Virus record (IMG/VR): IMGVR_UViG_3300008108_000034
Span: 15,320 to 79,319 of that record
Strand: one strand, 5' to 3'
DNA: 64,000 bases
DNA from: a virus
How positions within the stretch are numbered: the stretch's first letter is position 1; the number at the start of each line of letters is the position of its first letter. The notes under the pieces were generated by a model. That model was given only the letters and a program-made list of their open reading frames with translations. It was not told the DNA's origin and ran no database searches. This document shows positions 15,842 to 28,600 of the stretch, in pieces. The translations under genes were made by a program, and so were the position numbers.

Positions 15842-18800
15842 TTAATATTTCTGTTTTGCCTGTTCCTTAGCTCTAAAGTAAGGATCATACATGTCTATTA
15901 TGTTTGAGAAACCAGTGATGTCCTGGAAATTCTTTATCACTTTGGCATCACCCTTTTGCTGGTGACCTGCATTACGCTGGTAAAATCCGTTTTCATAAGC
16001 ACCTTCGTCACCTGTAAGGTTGTAGTTTATATACCATAATCCATTTGTCATGAGGGAACCCATGGTTTTGACCTCTTTGAATGCTGTTGTAAACTGTCCA
16101 AACTGATCTATGTAATCCAGAGGTTTACCTACGATTGGAACAGGAACCATTGAACGTGTTTCGTTTGTGGTCTTTATCAACGCTCGGTATAACTGAAGTT
16201 CACCCCATGAAAGATCATCACGGTCTTCATCATAAATCATGGCTCGCAACATCATGTACAAATGATATCCAAGATATGCCAGTAAGACTTCTCTTGCTGT
16301 CTGTGCAGCTTTCGCACGATATGGATCGGATGTCTCAATACCTGTGTTTATTGATTTCTTCAACTTGTCAGATCCAAGTGCCGACAGTCCTGGAAAAGAA
16401 AGGATTCCATCCAGTAAAAAGGTCTTTGCACCCTTCTTGAATCCATGATACTGGAAGAATCTCCATGTACCTACCCACCATCCCATGTAAGCTTCTTCGG
16501 TACTCCATCCATAAGAGGATCCTACACCCTTATAGGTGTCTGAGAATGCTCCTTGGAAACGTGCGGATATTGCTGGAATAAGGTATTTACGGTAATACTC
16601 AAACAGCGATCCCCAGATGGTGCTTCCGAACTTACTCTTGGTAGCTTGGGAATAGTTACCTTGGAATCTGTAGATCTCAGTAAGTATCAAAACCTTGAGG
16701 TCCTCAACCTCGCGTTCGGAAAGATTCACGTCTTCCCTGATGTGTATGGAATTGTTCTTGAGTTTGAAGGCTTCCATTCCATTGACCATCACGGTTGATC
16801 CGTCAGCGTTCTTCTTCAGCTTTTTGGTTCCGTTTTCCATGATGACATTTCCATCAGGATCTGTCTCAAACACTTCATACCTGCGATTCACAAGTATCAT
16901 GAGCGCAGTAGTCACACCTATTTCCACCTCACCTTTGTCCTGGATTATCATCGCAAGGTCACCCACATTAAACACCCTGTTTGCCAACCTGCGTGCTTTA
17001 CCTGCGGTATTGGCATCCATCACCCTGTCAAGATTCTTGGCAAGCGGATTCAGAAAACGAATAAGTTTTGTCTCAAAACTTGCATCTGATATCTTTCCCC
17101 AATCAGCAAGCATTGCAGGAAAGAACTTACCATACAGGAGTTTCTTAGCTGTGAAATAATCAGCTTCAGTGGCATGTCTGCTTGCGGATGTCGATAGGAA
17201 ACCCTGGATGTTACCAGATAGAAGGTTACCTACCTGCATACTTGCGTCAAATGCCATACGACCCCATGCTCCAATCTGCATGAGAATCCTCATGTTCTTA
17301 CGGTTCAGTACGGTTTTGCTCTCGTCAGTGCTCTTTTCATATATCTGACCGAATACGAACTTGTCGCGATTGAATTTGATCTGTTCAATTATGGTCCGCA
17401 ATTTGTTTGCGTTATTCAGCGACTCCGTTGTCCCTTTATCGACAAGCTCCTTGTATCGACCTTCCAGGTAATTCAAACTGCTTGACATGTATATGTCTAG
17501 GAAAGTCAATTGCTTGTTCAGGTAAAATCCAGCATTCCAATTCACAATCGCTTCGATTCCATTGGTGGTGGTAAGTTCAGCAGCCATGGGATAGTTCTCC
17601 TTGAAGAGAATCTTCATGTTTCCAGCCATACCGGATTCGTTTGTCGCCTTTTCAAACTCACTACCTGCGTAGTGAACCTCCTGCGCTTTTTCCTGTATCT
17701 CTCTTGCGACACCTGTCATTCCTTTGGTGACCAGGTTGTCAAATCCGAGTTGTTGTACGTTGGGGAAACGGAATCCCAGCGGTGTTCCTGAAGCCTCCCG
17801 TTGTTTCAAAAGGAAATTCTCCACAATCCATTTTGAATAAAACTCCTTCGTCTTGGGATTAGCCAGGATCTGCATGAATTTCGGATTCACATATTCACCT
17901 TTTGGATTTGTGATATCGAACATGTTGGTATCCTTGTTGAACCTTATGCCTTTAGGCATAGGATAAAAACCCCTACCGTATTTATTCTTCACAAATGAAT
18001 CCTGGTAATCGGGATTGTACGCGGCGTCTTTGAGGATCTTGATCTTGTATTTCTTGTTTGGAACCATCTCCATCATGTTCGGATCAGATGGCATGTATGT
18101 GTAAAGATGCGATCTCCACTTTTCATTCAACGCTCCGCCTTTGGCAAGAGTGTCTTTTCCCACCACGTATTTGGTGTTGCTATGCTTGTTGAAGAAAGTT
18201 GCAAACTCCTTCTCATGATTCATGTATTGTTTCTCAGCATCCGCTATCTGGTCAAGAAGTGTACGGTCAACCGTTGCAAGATTGTCCCTTTTACGATTCA
18301 GTTCCTGCAGATAGTTGTACGACTTGATGACACGGTCACGGTGGTTGTTGAAATCCCTTGCGAAATCAGTGCGTAAAACCTTGGTACGCATGCTTGCAAG
18401 TTCTGAGAAAAGGTCATTGAGTTCCATTTTCTCATCATCAGTGAGCATGTCATCAGGTTCCATCCTGAGTTCCTCTTTTCTCAACTCAAGTTCATCCTCC
18501 AATGATTCGTATTCAGCTATCTCCTGCTCATTGAGAAACTTGTAATTGAATTTGCCTCTCACATAAGCTTTGGATCTCAGTTTATTCATACGTTCGCGTA
18601 TGTCCTGCATCACAGGATCCTGTGACTTCAGTTCAGCGATTCTTTCAAATATCTCATTTACACGGTCAGTGTACTCTGCGGTGGGAGTCATGTCCGTATT
18701 GTTCATATCAAAACGTTCAAGAAGTTTTGCGTCTCCCTGGTTTCTTATGGCTGTACGTTTCTTCTCCCAAAGGTTATAGTTGAGTCGGAAAGTGTAATAC

Positions 18801-21800
18801 TCATCAAGCTCTTTGTAACGCTCCATCGCCTGCGGATCCTTGTCACGGATCTCTTGGAGAATCCTTGACATCTGGGATTCCAAATCATCAATGATTTCCT
18901 GCTGCATGTCGTCAAGATAAGCATCACTACCAACAGATTTGACAATACTGCTTATCTTATCTCGAATGGCACTGATTTCAGCTATCTGACTTCCGCTTTG
19001 AAGCTGTAATCGCATTACCTCAGGCTTGAGAATGGTGTTCGTTTTTTCAATTTTCCATTCTGTGAATGCGGTGTATGTTGCACGTTGCTGCTCATTGAGT
19101 TTATCTCTTTCTTGACGCAGAGTCTGAGCTTCAGCTTCTTCCACACCTTGATTCAGTTTCCGGTTGATCTCATCAATTTTCTTGTTGAGTGTACGAAGAG
19201 CGATGGTGAAGTTGTCATGCTCCTTGTAAAACTTCGAGTGTGCAGGATCAGCATATACACGAACGGTTTCAGTACCTGTCACATTTCCATTCTCATCATA
19301 CACGTCAACTTCAATCTCCTCACTGAAGAACTTGTTTGCTTCAGTGATTCCTCCTAATGAATCAATGATATCCTGTTTCAACTTGTCTATGCCAAGGGAT
19401 TCCGCCCAACGCAGCATTTCCACTCTGGATCTCTCAGTGATGTTGTACATGTATTTCCACATGGCGGCGACAATAGCTTCAGAGTTGGCATTGTCACCGA
19501 TTATTGAATCCATGGTGATGAGTCCGTTGGCACCCTGTACTGTACTACCCATGTAAAAGACATGTTCTCCACTGTTGAGAATGCCATCCAGATACATGTC
19601 AATGGTTTTATCATCAAACTGCTTGATTGCGATCATCTGTCTGATCTCTTCAGCGCGTTTTTTGAAGTCCTCCAACTTTGTGGTGTTAAGCGGTTTATCA
19701 CTGCCTAGAAGATTCTTCAATCTACGCAGTGCATTGTAAGTCATGCTTTCAGGATTCAATTGTCCGGACTCCATCTTCTGGATCTGTTTCTCCAAGTATT
19801 GAAGTTCCACCTCCAGAAGCTTGCTCATTTCACCGAACACTTTCAATGATTGCGTGCCAACTGTCGCTTTCATGATCGCTATTATGACCCTTCGACCGAC
19901 TCTCCCATTCTTATTTTCAACTTCCGCAATTCCTTCACGCATATCATGCAACATCTGACTTATCTCCCTCTTTGTCTGGGGATCCAAGTCTTCCATTTGT
20001 TGTATGGTGTTGCCGAACATCTGGATGCTTTCACTCATTCCACCAAGAGAACGATTGTAATACTGAAGCAGACCCAGTGCAACCTGATTCTCGGGAGTAC
20101 CCAACTCGAATGTCTTTGGAACGTCTATCGCCTTTACCCTTTCGACAATCATTTCGATCTCATTGGTGAATACATCGAAAGCGGTCTTTATCAAAAGAGC
20201 TTTTGCAGTACGTATCGCCTCAGAACTTTCACTTGAGAAATCCTTTTTTATGCTTTCACGAAGACTCACAAGACTCTGCTGACGGCGTTTGAGCATGTTG
20301 ATCTTCTCTTCGCGCTCTTCCTGCGGGATCTTTTTGTCCTCACTTATCCTCCTTACATCGGAAGCAATGACTTCAAACTGGTTCTTGGCAAGTTCGTCAA
20401 AACGTTCAAGCATCATGTCCTGTATGGAAGGATCTATGGATGCAAAAGGATTCATCTTTCCTTCACCAGGTAAAGTGGTGTTGTCAGTCATCTGATCCAA
20501 CTCACGGAAACTCTGTCTGGCAGCCATTTCAATACCATTTGACATGGCAGGTTGGTCCGCAGGATCGACTTGACCGAAGAAATCATAATCCCTGAAGGTG
20601 GCGATCTTGTATCCGATCATCTTGTTATCCTTGGGATCTTCAGCGTTCTTGTCATATTTGTACGCAAGCGCCCACACGGTGCGTCCGTTGACATTGATGT
20701 TCAGTTTACGCAACATCTCGGAATAAACCGCAAGCTGCATGTGGTACTTGTCAAGCGCGCTTCTGTCCTTTATCTGAGAGAAAAGGTAATTGGCACCATC
20801 CTTGAAAAAGGTTTTGACAAAGTTCTTTGTGGTGAACGCCATCATCGGAAATGAACCGATTGGATACTTGTTTGCGCTTTTTGTCTTAAGGTCGATGACT
20901 TCGATGTTTCCGTTCTTGTCAACAGCCATCAAGTCAAGACGTCCAAGAACCATGTTTCCATTCAAATCCTGCACTGCGATACTTATCTCAGGAAGTATGA
21001 TCTTTCCGTCACTGAGTATGGAACTCATCTGTCCAGCAAGTTCCAAGGCTGCATTCCTAAGAGTATCCTTGTCAAAGTCCGAAAACTTGATCAACCTTTC
21101 GTTTTTCTTAAAGAAGTTGTCAAAGAACGCAGGATCCGACATGATTATGATCGGAGCCTTTCCTGTATTGATATACTCCTCCTGGAGTTCCTCAAGCAGG
21201 TAGTGATAGAAGTTACCGAAGTTAGCACCAAGTTCAGCGACAAAACTGTCAAGCATCTCCGTGTCTTCGGAACCTATGTACTTGGTTACACCGATGGTCT
21301 GACCACCTCCCTTCAACCATTCAAGCTTGTCCTTTACGTTTTGTTCAAGCTTCTTTATGACTTCAAGTTGAGCAGCAGTCTTCCTGAATGCTGTGGTGGA
21401 CAGGAGTTTCTTGCGCATGTTGGCAATCTTCTCAATCTCCTTTTCAGCTTTTTCAATGTTGAGTTCCCTGGCTGTCTTCTTCTTGTTGACAGGATCAAGT
21501 TTTTGAGTCTCTTCTCTGTCTTCAGGATTGAAGTTGGCACCTTCGACATCAGGTGTCGCACTGTAGTACAGGTAAGGATCCACCTCGGGTGTATCGAAGT
21601 AAGCGCCTTTGATGTTGATTGTCTGAGCTATCGTTGCAAGAGTTGTCTTTCCGTCAACCTTTTCCATGTTCAGAAGCTTCGACAACCAGTCGAAAAACCT
21701 TTGTATCAGGTTTGCCAATGGAGATCGTCTTCCTTCAGGTGCAATGCTCAACTCGTTCTTCATGGCTATTGCAAGATTCTTTGCAATGAACTCACTCTGT

Positions 21801-22657
21801 ATTACAACGGTTGGATCGGAGATTCTCTTGTTGTTGCCATATGCGGTCTGAAGGTTCTTGAGCATCGCCTCGAAACGAGGATCGTCCTTCAACATGTTGA
21901 AAAGACCCATGAACAGGGGTTTACGGTCCGTTCTGAGCATTTCAACAAACACGTGCATCACCTCTTCGATGGCATCCTCTGGTATGACACGACCTTCCAC
22001 AAGATATATCTTGTTGTTTCGTACAAACGAACGGATGTTGTCCACATTCTCGTAATGCTCATCCTGTTTCAACTTGCCAGGTTTGACCCACTCATATGTC
22101 AAACCTTTGAACTTGGCAACTAGATTGTCCATTATGGGATTGACAATCCGTTTCTGCGCTTCAATCTCTTCCTTGGTGTATCTTCTGAGACCTATCTCCT
22201 TGACAGCAGGAACGTATTTTATCTTGACTTTTCCCTGCATTGAATAGTTTCTTTCAAACTCAATCCGCATGTCGGGAAACTTCTTGCGTAATGCAGCTGC
22301 GAAACGCTTTGCCTTCTCCTCATTATGCCACGGTTCCTCTCCAGGTTGAAATTCATACCAATGGGAGAAATCATTGCGCAGTATCTTGGTCATGGCAGAC
22401 CTTGTGTAGAAAACAGTGTCGATTGTGGGTTCACCGTTCTCATCCAATGGAATATGCGTTGTCCCGTTCTGCCAGTCTCCGTAACGTTGCTTGAACTTGT
22501 TGGTATAAGCTATTGACCATACCTGCAATGCTTTCCTGGGTTCTTGCGGAAACTCATTCAATGCCGCCTGATACAACTTGGAAGGTTGTCCATTGGGAGC
22601 ATAGACATTTACAATTTCATCTGTCTGGGGATTCCTATCGAATGCACAAGATCTCAT
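15842..22657 (-). CDS. giant putative virion cargo/ejection protein with a degenerate zincin and a PD-(D/E)XK nuclease domain
   Basis: 2271 aa. EEVMH pseudo-zincin (~21953-21967); PEISI...GRLD...IDLKT...QLAVY nuclease motifs (~20724-20995); long coiled coils; adjacent to the vRNAP gene. Confidence 0.75.
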   Translation of the reverse strand: MRSCAFDRNPQTDEIVNVYAPNGQPSKLYQAALNEFPQEPRKALQVWSIAYTNKFKQRYGDWQNGTTHIPLDENGEPTIDTVFYTRSAMTKILRNDFSHWYEFQPGEEPWHNEEKAKRFAAALRKKFPDMRIEFERNYSMQGKVKIKYVPAVKEIGLRRYTKEEIEAQKRIVNPIMDNLVAKFKGLTYEWVKPGKLKQDEHYENVDNIRSFVRNNKIYLVEGRVIPEDAIEEVMHVFVEMLRTDRKPLFMGLFNMLKDDPRFEAMLKNLQTAYGNNKRISDPTVVIQSEFIAKNLAIAMKNELSIAPEGRRSPLANLIQRFFDWLSKLLNMEKVDGKTTLATIAQTINIKGAYFDTPEVDPYLYYSATPDVEGANFNPEDREETQKLDPVNKKKTARELNIEKAEKEIEKIANMRKKLLSTTAFRKTAAQLEVIKKLEQNVKDKLEWLKGGGQTIGVTKYIGSEDTEMLDSFVAELGANFGNFYHYLLEELQEEYINTGKAPIIIMSDPAFFDNFFKKNERLIKFSDFDKDTLRNAALELAGQMSSILSDGKIILPEISIAVQDLNGNMVLGRLDLMAVDKNGNIEVIDLKTKSANKYPIGSFPMMAFTTKNFVKTFFKDGANYLFSQIKDRSALDKYHMQLAVYSEMLRKLNINVNGRTVWALAYKYDKNAEDPKDNKMIGYKIATFRDYDFFGQVDPADQPAMSNGIEMAARQSFRELDQMTDNTTLPGEGKMNPFASIDPSIQDMMLERFDELAKNQFEVIASDVRRISEDKKIPQEEREEKINMLKRRQQSLVSLRESIKKDFSSESSEAIRTAKALLIKTAFDVFTNEIEMIVERVKAIDVPKTFELGTPENQVALGLLQYYNRSLGGMSESIQMFGNTIQQMEDLDPQTKREISQMLHDMREGIAEVENKNGRVGRRVIIAIMKATVGTQSLKVFGEMSKLLEVELQYLEKQIQKMESGQLNPESMTYNALRRLKNLLGSDKPLNTTKLEDFKKRAEEIRQMIAIKQFDDKTIDMYLDGILNSGEHVFYMGSTVQGANGLITMDSIIGDNANSEAIVAAMWKYMYNITERSRVEMLRWAESLGIDKLKQDIIDSLGGITEANKFFSEEIEVDVYDENGNVTGTETVRVYADPAHSKFYKEHDNFTIALRTLNKKIDEINRKLNQGVEEAEAQTLRQERDKLNEQQRATYTAFTEWKIEKTNTILKPEVMRLQLQSGSQIAEISAIRDKISSIVKSVGSDAYLDDMQQEIIDDLESQMSRILQEIRDKDPQAMERYKELDEYYTFRLNYNLWEKKRTAIRNQGDAKLLERFDMNNTDMTPTAEYTDRVNEIFERIAELKSQDPVMQDIRERMNKLRSKAYVRGKFNYKFLNEQEIAEYESLEDELELRKEELRMEPDDMLTDDEKMELNDLFSELASMRTKVLRTDFARDFNNHRDRVIKSYNYLQELNRKRDNLATVDRTLLDQIADAEKQYMNHEKEFATFFNKHSNTKYVVGKDTLAKGGALNEKWRSHLYTYMPSDPNMMEMVPNKKYKIKILKDAAYNPDYQDSFVKNKYGRGFYPMPKGIRFNKDTNMFDITNPKGEYVNPKFMQILANPKTKEFYSKWIVENFLLKQREASGTPLGFRFPNVQQLGFDNLVTKGMTGVAREIQEKAQEVHYAGSEFEKATNESGMAGNMKILFKENYPMAAELTTTNGIEAIVNWNAGFYLNKQLTFLDIYMSSSLNYLEGRYKELVDKGTTESLNNANKLRTIIEQIKFNRDKFVFGQIYEKSTDESKTVLNRKNMRILMQIGAWGRMAFDASMQVGNLLSGNIQGFLSTSASRHATEADYFTAKKLLYGKFFPAMLADWGKISDASFETKLIRFLNPLAKNLDRVMDANTAGKARRLANRVFNVGDLAMIIQDKGEVEIGVTTALMILVNRRYEVFETDPDGNVIMENGTKKLKKNADGSTVMVNGMEAFKLKNNSIHIREDVNLSEREVEDLKVLILTEIYRFQGNYSQATKSKFGSTIWGSLFEYYRKYLIPAISARFQGAFSDTYKGVGSSYGWSTEEAYMGWWVGTWRFFQYHGFKKGAKTFLLDGILSFPGLSALGSDKLKKSINTGIETSDPYRAKAAQTAREVLLAYLGYHLYMMLRAMIYDEDRDDLSWGELQLYRALIKTTNETRSMVPVPIVGKPLDYIDQFGQFTTAFKEVKTMGSLMTNGLWYINYNLTGDEGAYENGFYQRNAGHQQKGDAKVIKNFQDITGFSNIIDMYDPYFRAKEQAKQKY

Positions 22658-22678
22658 TTACTTAACTGTTTTTTATTG

Positions 22679-25600
22679 TCAACCACTAACACACCTGTTG
22701 TCTTCTTCATCTATCTGTCTGTTCATGTCCTCTATGGTAATATCATCATCCCTTTGAGTAAGCGGATCGGCAGGGATGTCGTTATTCTGTAGGTCATACA
22801 CAAATATAGATTCTTTTCCTTTTACAAACCCTTCGAACTTAGGACTTTCAATCATCATCTGCCAATCCGCAAAACCGAAGATATCAGCAAAGGAATCCAG
22901 ACGTTCTTTGGGTATCTCATTTGCAATGTTCTTTGCATCAGGGAATTGCAGAAGTCTTCCATCGACAAACTGATACTTGTTCAGTCTGCTGTTGGTTTGC
23001 ACCTTGCTGCCATCCATCCTGGTAAAGACTTTGTTCTTGTGATTTCCAGTAGGAACCGAGGAGACGCTGATCATATACATCTTGTTCTTCATCACACTTG
23101 CATTCCTGGGAAGATCTACCGATTTCATGATGGTTGTGGATTGCGCTCTTCCTTCAAGCATATTGGTGATTTGAGCACCTTCCTTCATGCTGAATGCCAA
23201 AGGTGATACGTGTTTGGAACCTTGTTTCACCACGACTTCATATTCAGCGGACATGCCTATCAAGTCAAGTGTGGGATCAATCTCACTGTTTTCATTCTGT
23301 GCAAGCGTGCTTATGAAAGCTTCACCCAGGCTTTTTCCATCAATGGTCTTAAGGACCATCATCTGGTTGTACATGTTCACCCTATACAACGGGAATTTGT
23401 AACCTTCATTTGCTCTCAATATTCCTGACTCATACAACATTGTGTTGTAGAAGTTTTGTTTTTGAGAGTCCTTCTCAAGTTCAGGGATGCTTATGGTTAG
23501 TTTTCCTTCCTCATTGGGAGTGAACAGATCAAACTTGTCGCTTTTGACATTCACAGACGGTGCCCCAGGTATTGCAGGTCTTGAGATACCTTTAACACCT
23601 TCTTTGCTTTCAGAATACTTGACAATCAATCTGCTGTTGTCACCTGTCACTGTTTCAAAAAACTCAAGCATGGTTCTTCCCAGAAGTTTATCTTCCTGTT
23701 TTGAGAAATACTTTTTGTTTATCTTCTCCTGGTCTATTGTATTGACCATGGTGTTTTCCTCCATATCGTTCATCATCCTGTAACTTATGATCTTGGATAT
23801 TGCTTCAGTGATGACGTCTCCAAGGTTCATGTTCCCAAAGTTGGAGGAGACTATCTTATTGAGTCTTTCCGCATATATCTCCTTGGCGCTGTCCGACATC
23901 TTGAAAACACCTGTACCTATAAGCTCTACAGTGTATTTACTTGGATTCTTTTTTGCCAACTTCAACATGTCATCATCAAGTTTTACAAGATCCTCTTGAA
24001 GATTCCATATAGCTTGAGCCATCGGTTGTGAGAGTTTTGCGGGGAGTATCTCGTAGAAACCACCTTCGGCGGATTGCGCACCTGCTTTTATCATTCCATA
24101 GTAAGCGATCCTGTGCGCCTTTTCCTTGGTTACAGAATCACCTGTCATCAGATGCAAAAGATCCGCATAGGCTGCTTCACGTCCACTCGCACCAAGTCGA
24201 GAAGTAGCCATTTCAAGAACCCTGATGTTTTTGGTCCTACCTATCGATACCACCTTGATGGCTTTGAGAAACTCATTGTTGGGATACTGTCTCAGTAGAT
24301 CATGGTAGTCTGATACGATCTGACCACTTAGGAAATTCTCAGGATCCAGCATTTCCATGTAAATCTGTGGTAACACATCCTCCTTTTGTTGTTCCATTGT
24401 CGCACGCTGCAACTGCAAACCTATGAATGCGTTTATGTCCTTTCTGATCTGCTGCTTGTCATATCCGTATATGTTTTCAAACAACAGCATCAGACCTCTC
24501 ATCATACTGGTGCGCTCGATCAACACCTTGTTTGAGACCTTGTCCATGTATTCAAGCGCTCTCATGTTTGCATCCAAAACAGGATATGTTGCGAAAAGCT
24601 TGGTCATGCTTTCTTTAGTAAAGAAGTTCATCTCCCCCTTTTTCGCTTTCCTGTATGTCGTTATCAACCTATCCATCCTGTCCATGTCAGGACGCAATGC
24701 TTTCATCGGATCTGTAAGAACCGATATATTGAAACTGATCTCATTTGCCAGTTCACTGTATTTCAAGAACTCATTGATTATCACAAGATTCTCAATTTCA
24801 CGGGATACAGAAACATTATTCTTGTCTGTGATCTTGTATCCGAAATTTGATATCGGAACAGTTTTGTCAATCACATCCTGAGGATCATCCTTTGAAACAT
24901 CATCATTGAAGATTATCTTATAAGAAGTCTGATCAATAACGTAATCTTTCTTTACTAAAGTTGCATCAAGTTTTGTCCTTGCTTCTGAACTGTTTTCAAG
25001 AATGGAATTCATGTACTTTTTAAGGAAAGTGTTGAAACCCATCCTGCGTCTACGGTTTGTTCTTGAATACGTACTTCCATAGGTCTGATTGTATTCATTG
25101 ACAACATCAACGATTATCGGTAAGGATTGGAACAAGATAGCCGCATTTTGGGGAACACCGATGCTGAGCATTGCCGCAAGTATGGGGGTAGTCGTACTGT
25201 TGAGATGCAATGGTCCATGGTATGGAGTCTTCGGAGCATCCGCAAACATACCTATCAGTGCACCGACAAGCTGTACAGAATCACTTACTATTTTATTGGT
25301 ATTGACCTTTTGCAGTTTTCCACCTATCTCGGTATACATCGATGGACTCATCTGCTTGTTTATCTCAGCGCCAACTGTCACAAGCATGCTCACACCTTTG
25401 TTGAATGAAGCGGCTATACCCAATGAATCCTTTGATTCGGAGTTCAATGACCTTGCAACGGCAAGAGCGGTTGGAGTATACACGTTTTGTCTGTTGTATA
25501 TGTCCTTCTCTGTAAGACCTCTTCTTTTAACAAGTGTTGCAATCGGTGCGACAGCCTGATCCGCTGTCATTTTCTTGTCTGCAAGGAACCTTTCATACAC

Positions 25601-28600
25601 GTTGGGATTAGACAAGATATTCATCTTGGCATCCAGAACCTTGTTCAGAATGACTTCCGTAACGGGATTGGACTTGGATTCTTTTTCATATGCTTCAAGC
25701 TCATCAGGTCTTGTTGGAAGATCCGAATCCTTCATTTTCTGCAGGACATTGTAAGTCGCTATCAGTCTGCGGAAGGTATCGATCATCTGTTCATTTTCAA
25801 AGTTCTCAGTCTCTTCCAAGACAGAAGCGTTCTTTGTAAAATAATCATTGAGTTTTCCTCCAAACAATTCACCGAAGGCATAAGCCTGTTCCTTTCTGTA
25901 TCCGGCATCATCTTTTATCTTACGGATCTCATCACTGATGATGTCCGACATGATATCGTCACGACCAAGCGAAGTAAGGTATTCTATGAACTTTGCTTCG
26001 TTTTGACTCATTCCATACTTCTCAATGTAATGCTTGTAGTTTCCATACGCTATCCTTGTGCCGTCAACGGCATAATAGGATGAACGTATGTACGCATACA
26101 ATGTATCAATGTCAAAGTCAGAACCTGAAAGCATGTGCATTTGGGATGGAACAATGATTCCCGAACCGTATGCTTCATCCATGTAATCGACAACCTTGGC
26201 AATGAACATGGAACGTTTGTCTTCCGTAGGGATACGTGTCGCAAAAAACTTGCTCAAGTACTCCTCTACAAACTTCTGATCAACATTCTTAAGTTCCCTT
26301 GGTATGACAACTTCGACGGTATAAAGGTCCTTCTTGACCATCTTTCCATCCTCACCCCTCACCTCAATCTCCTCTTTTTCTATGGTCAGATATCTGGATT
26401 TAGCGTTTCGGTAATCCTGAGGATTCCTCTTATAGTCCGCACGCTTTACAACCTTGCCATTCATCTCCATCACAGGATACATGATCGGACTGACGTGGTA
26501 GTATTTCCTACCTTCCGTCTTCTTGTCAAATACATTCTTATTGAAGATGCTGAAGTAATAGTATACAAGTATGTTCGCAAGTCTCGGCATGCTTGGAGGG
26601 AAGATCGGTTTACCGCTCTTATCCACTTCAAAGTATTGCAACAGGGTTGCATCAGCTCCTTGATCGCGAAGACCCGCTCTGATGTTGTCATACAGTTTGC
26701 CAACTATCTTCTCATCAGACGTGTTGAACATACGCATCATGCGTTTCACTTGTGAATCAACAGCTTCCGCAAGACCTTTCTGATAAGTTTCAATATCATC
26801 CTTTATCGCCTTGTACCTCTTGTCATTAGGATCCAACTGACTTATCAAAAGCAGTTTCTGTTGGATACCTGCTGTAATCCTATTGGATATCTTGGAGGTA
26901 CCTACCTGATTATAGGTAAGTTCATTGGGTATGTTGTCAAGTGACTTTTCCAGATCCAGATAAACTCCTGGAGCGGCATCGGTTATCATGTTATAATCCA
27001 ACGGAGCCACGGTCGCACGTTTACTGGAATTCGTATCGTATACCTGTTCTATCCTATGGTACTCCATTGAGTTAAGCAGGTTGTGCAGGAATCCCCCCAA
27101 TGGACCTTTTGTGGATGGTACGAAATACCCGTGTATGGCCGCCATGGTTTTCTTGTACAGTTCTGATATCGGAGTTGATTCGTTTGTCTCAGGATCCATC
27201 TCCATTTCATCAATCCCTGCTTCAAGCTGCATTGCATAGTAATCAGCAATATCATACAACTGTTCCAACTCCAGCATCGCTGTGTCATAATTGAGATCAG
27301 GACGCAACATGCTGACTTCCTTACGGATGAAAGTATGTTCGGATTGTTTGATGTATTGGAATGCAGCTGTTACGGATTTCACACTGTTGAATACGATTCC
27401 GGCATCGCGCAATCTTCTGATTCCATCACGATATTGTCTTGTCGATCTTGTCTCATAACGCATCCTGCGCATGATCTGCATGGATTCTGGATCAAGTTGA
27501 CCTGCAGCTTCCGCCATACGCATTCGCCTATCGATTGTATTCAAGGACTGACCGTCAAACGCCTGAACAGCGGTGTTTCCATCACCTTCATAAGGTGTAA
27601 GACTCAATGGTTTGGTAAGATCGTTCTTATCAATGTACATTACAAAGTCCTTCAGAACGGATGATCTATAAGTAGTCACATCACCATACTGACTTCTGTT
27701 GGGATCATATATGTTGGAACCAGCTGCCGCACCTGACTTCTGACGTTTGTAGAAGTTTGCAAATGAGGAGATACCCACTGCAATAGGTCCATCGAATATC
27801 TGATTTACAAATATCGAATTGATCCAGTTGTTGAAGAAGAAGTTGCGTTTGAACTGTTCTGGAGAACCTGTTGTCGGAAGGTCCACATCAGTGAATACGG
27901 TTTCAAGTTGGCCTGCGTCATTTTTGATAGTTTCTTTTCCTATGCCGATTTCCTTTAGATAGGTCTCAAAACGATCGTATTGTTCTTCTGCAAATTCGGA
28001 AACCATATCCACAAGCGCAGCGGTGTTCTCAGGATCAGCGACAATGGAATCCCATGATTTATCCTGTTTCGCCATTTCCTCCAGCATTTTCCTGTTGGAT
28101 ATCCTGTTTGAAACGGTCTCATTTACATTGTCAGGATCCGCAGTCAAACCAAACATGTCTGCAAGGATGTTGAATGTGAACCCTCTGTTCAGCTGACCTT
28201 TCTGATTAAACTCACTGTCATTATATCCTTCGTATCTTTTTACGGATTCATCGTTCAGTTCCCTGTGATTCTTACGCATCAGTTCATATTCCTGACGTAT
28301 AACCTTCATCAGGTCAACCACATGCGATGCAAACTTTCCTACTTTGTTCTGTTTACCTGCAGCATCAAAGTACTCCTTATAGATGCCATCAACGACGATA
28401 CTGGTACTTGTAGCCTCATACTGGGTAAGGATGCGTTTGAAAAGTTTTCTGGTGGTGTTTGTTCCTGGAATCGACACATCACGCATGCTTTGGAAAAGTC
28501 CAAACATGGAGAGCATGAACGACTTTTCATCTATGCCTTTGAAACTGCTGGTGTCACCTTGTTTTTCATTTTGGAAGATGTTGTATTTCTGAGCGAATCC

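Noticed and set aside
1229-15888. Longest-ORF starts at 1229, 5727, 10380 and 15888
   Set aside because: They create long overlaps; downstream ATGs (1304, 5781, 10350/10341, 15822) are more plausible.
10580-15900. tRNA genes in intergenic gaps
   Set aside because: The gaps are too short or filled by small ORFs; no cloverleaf or T-loop GTTCRA context was seen.
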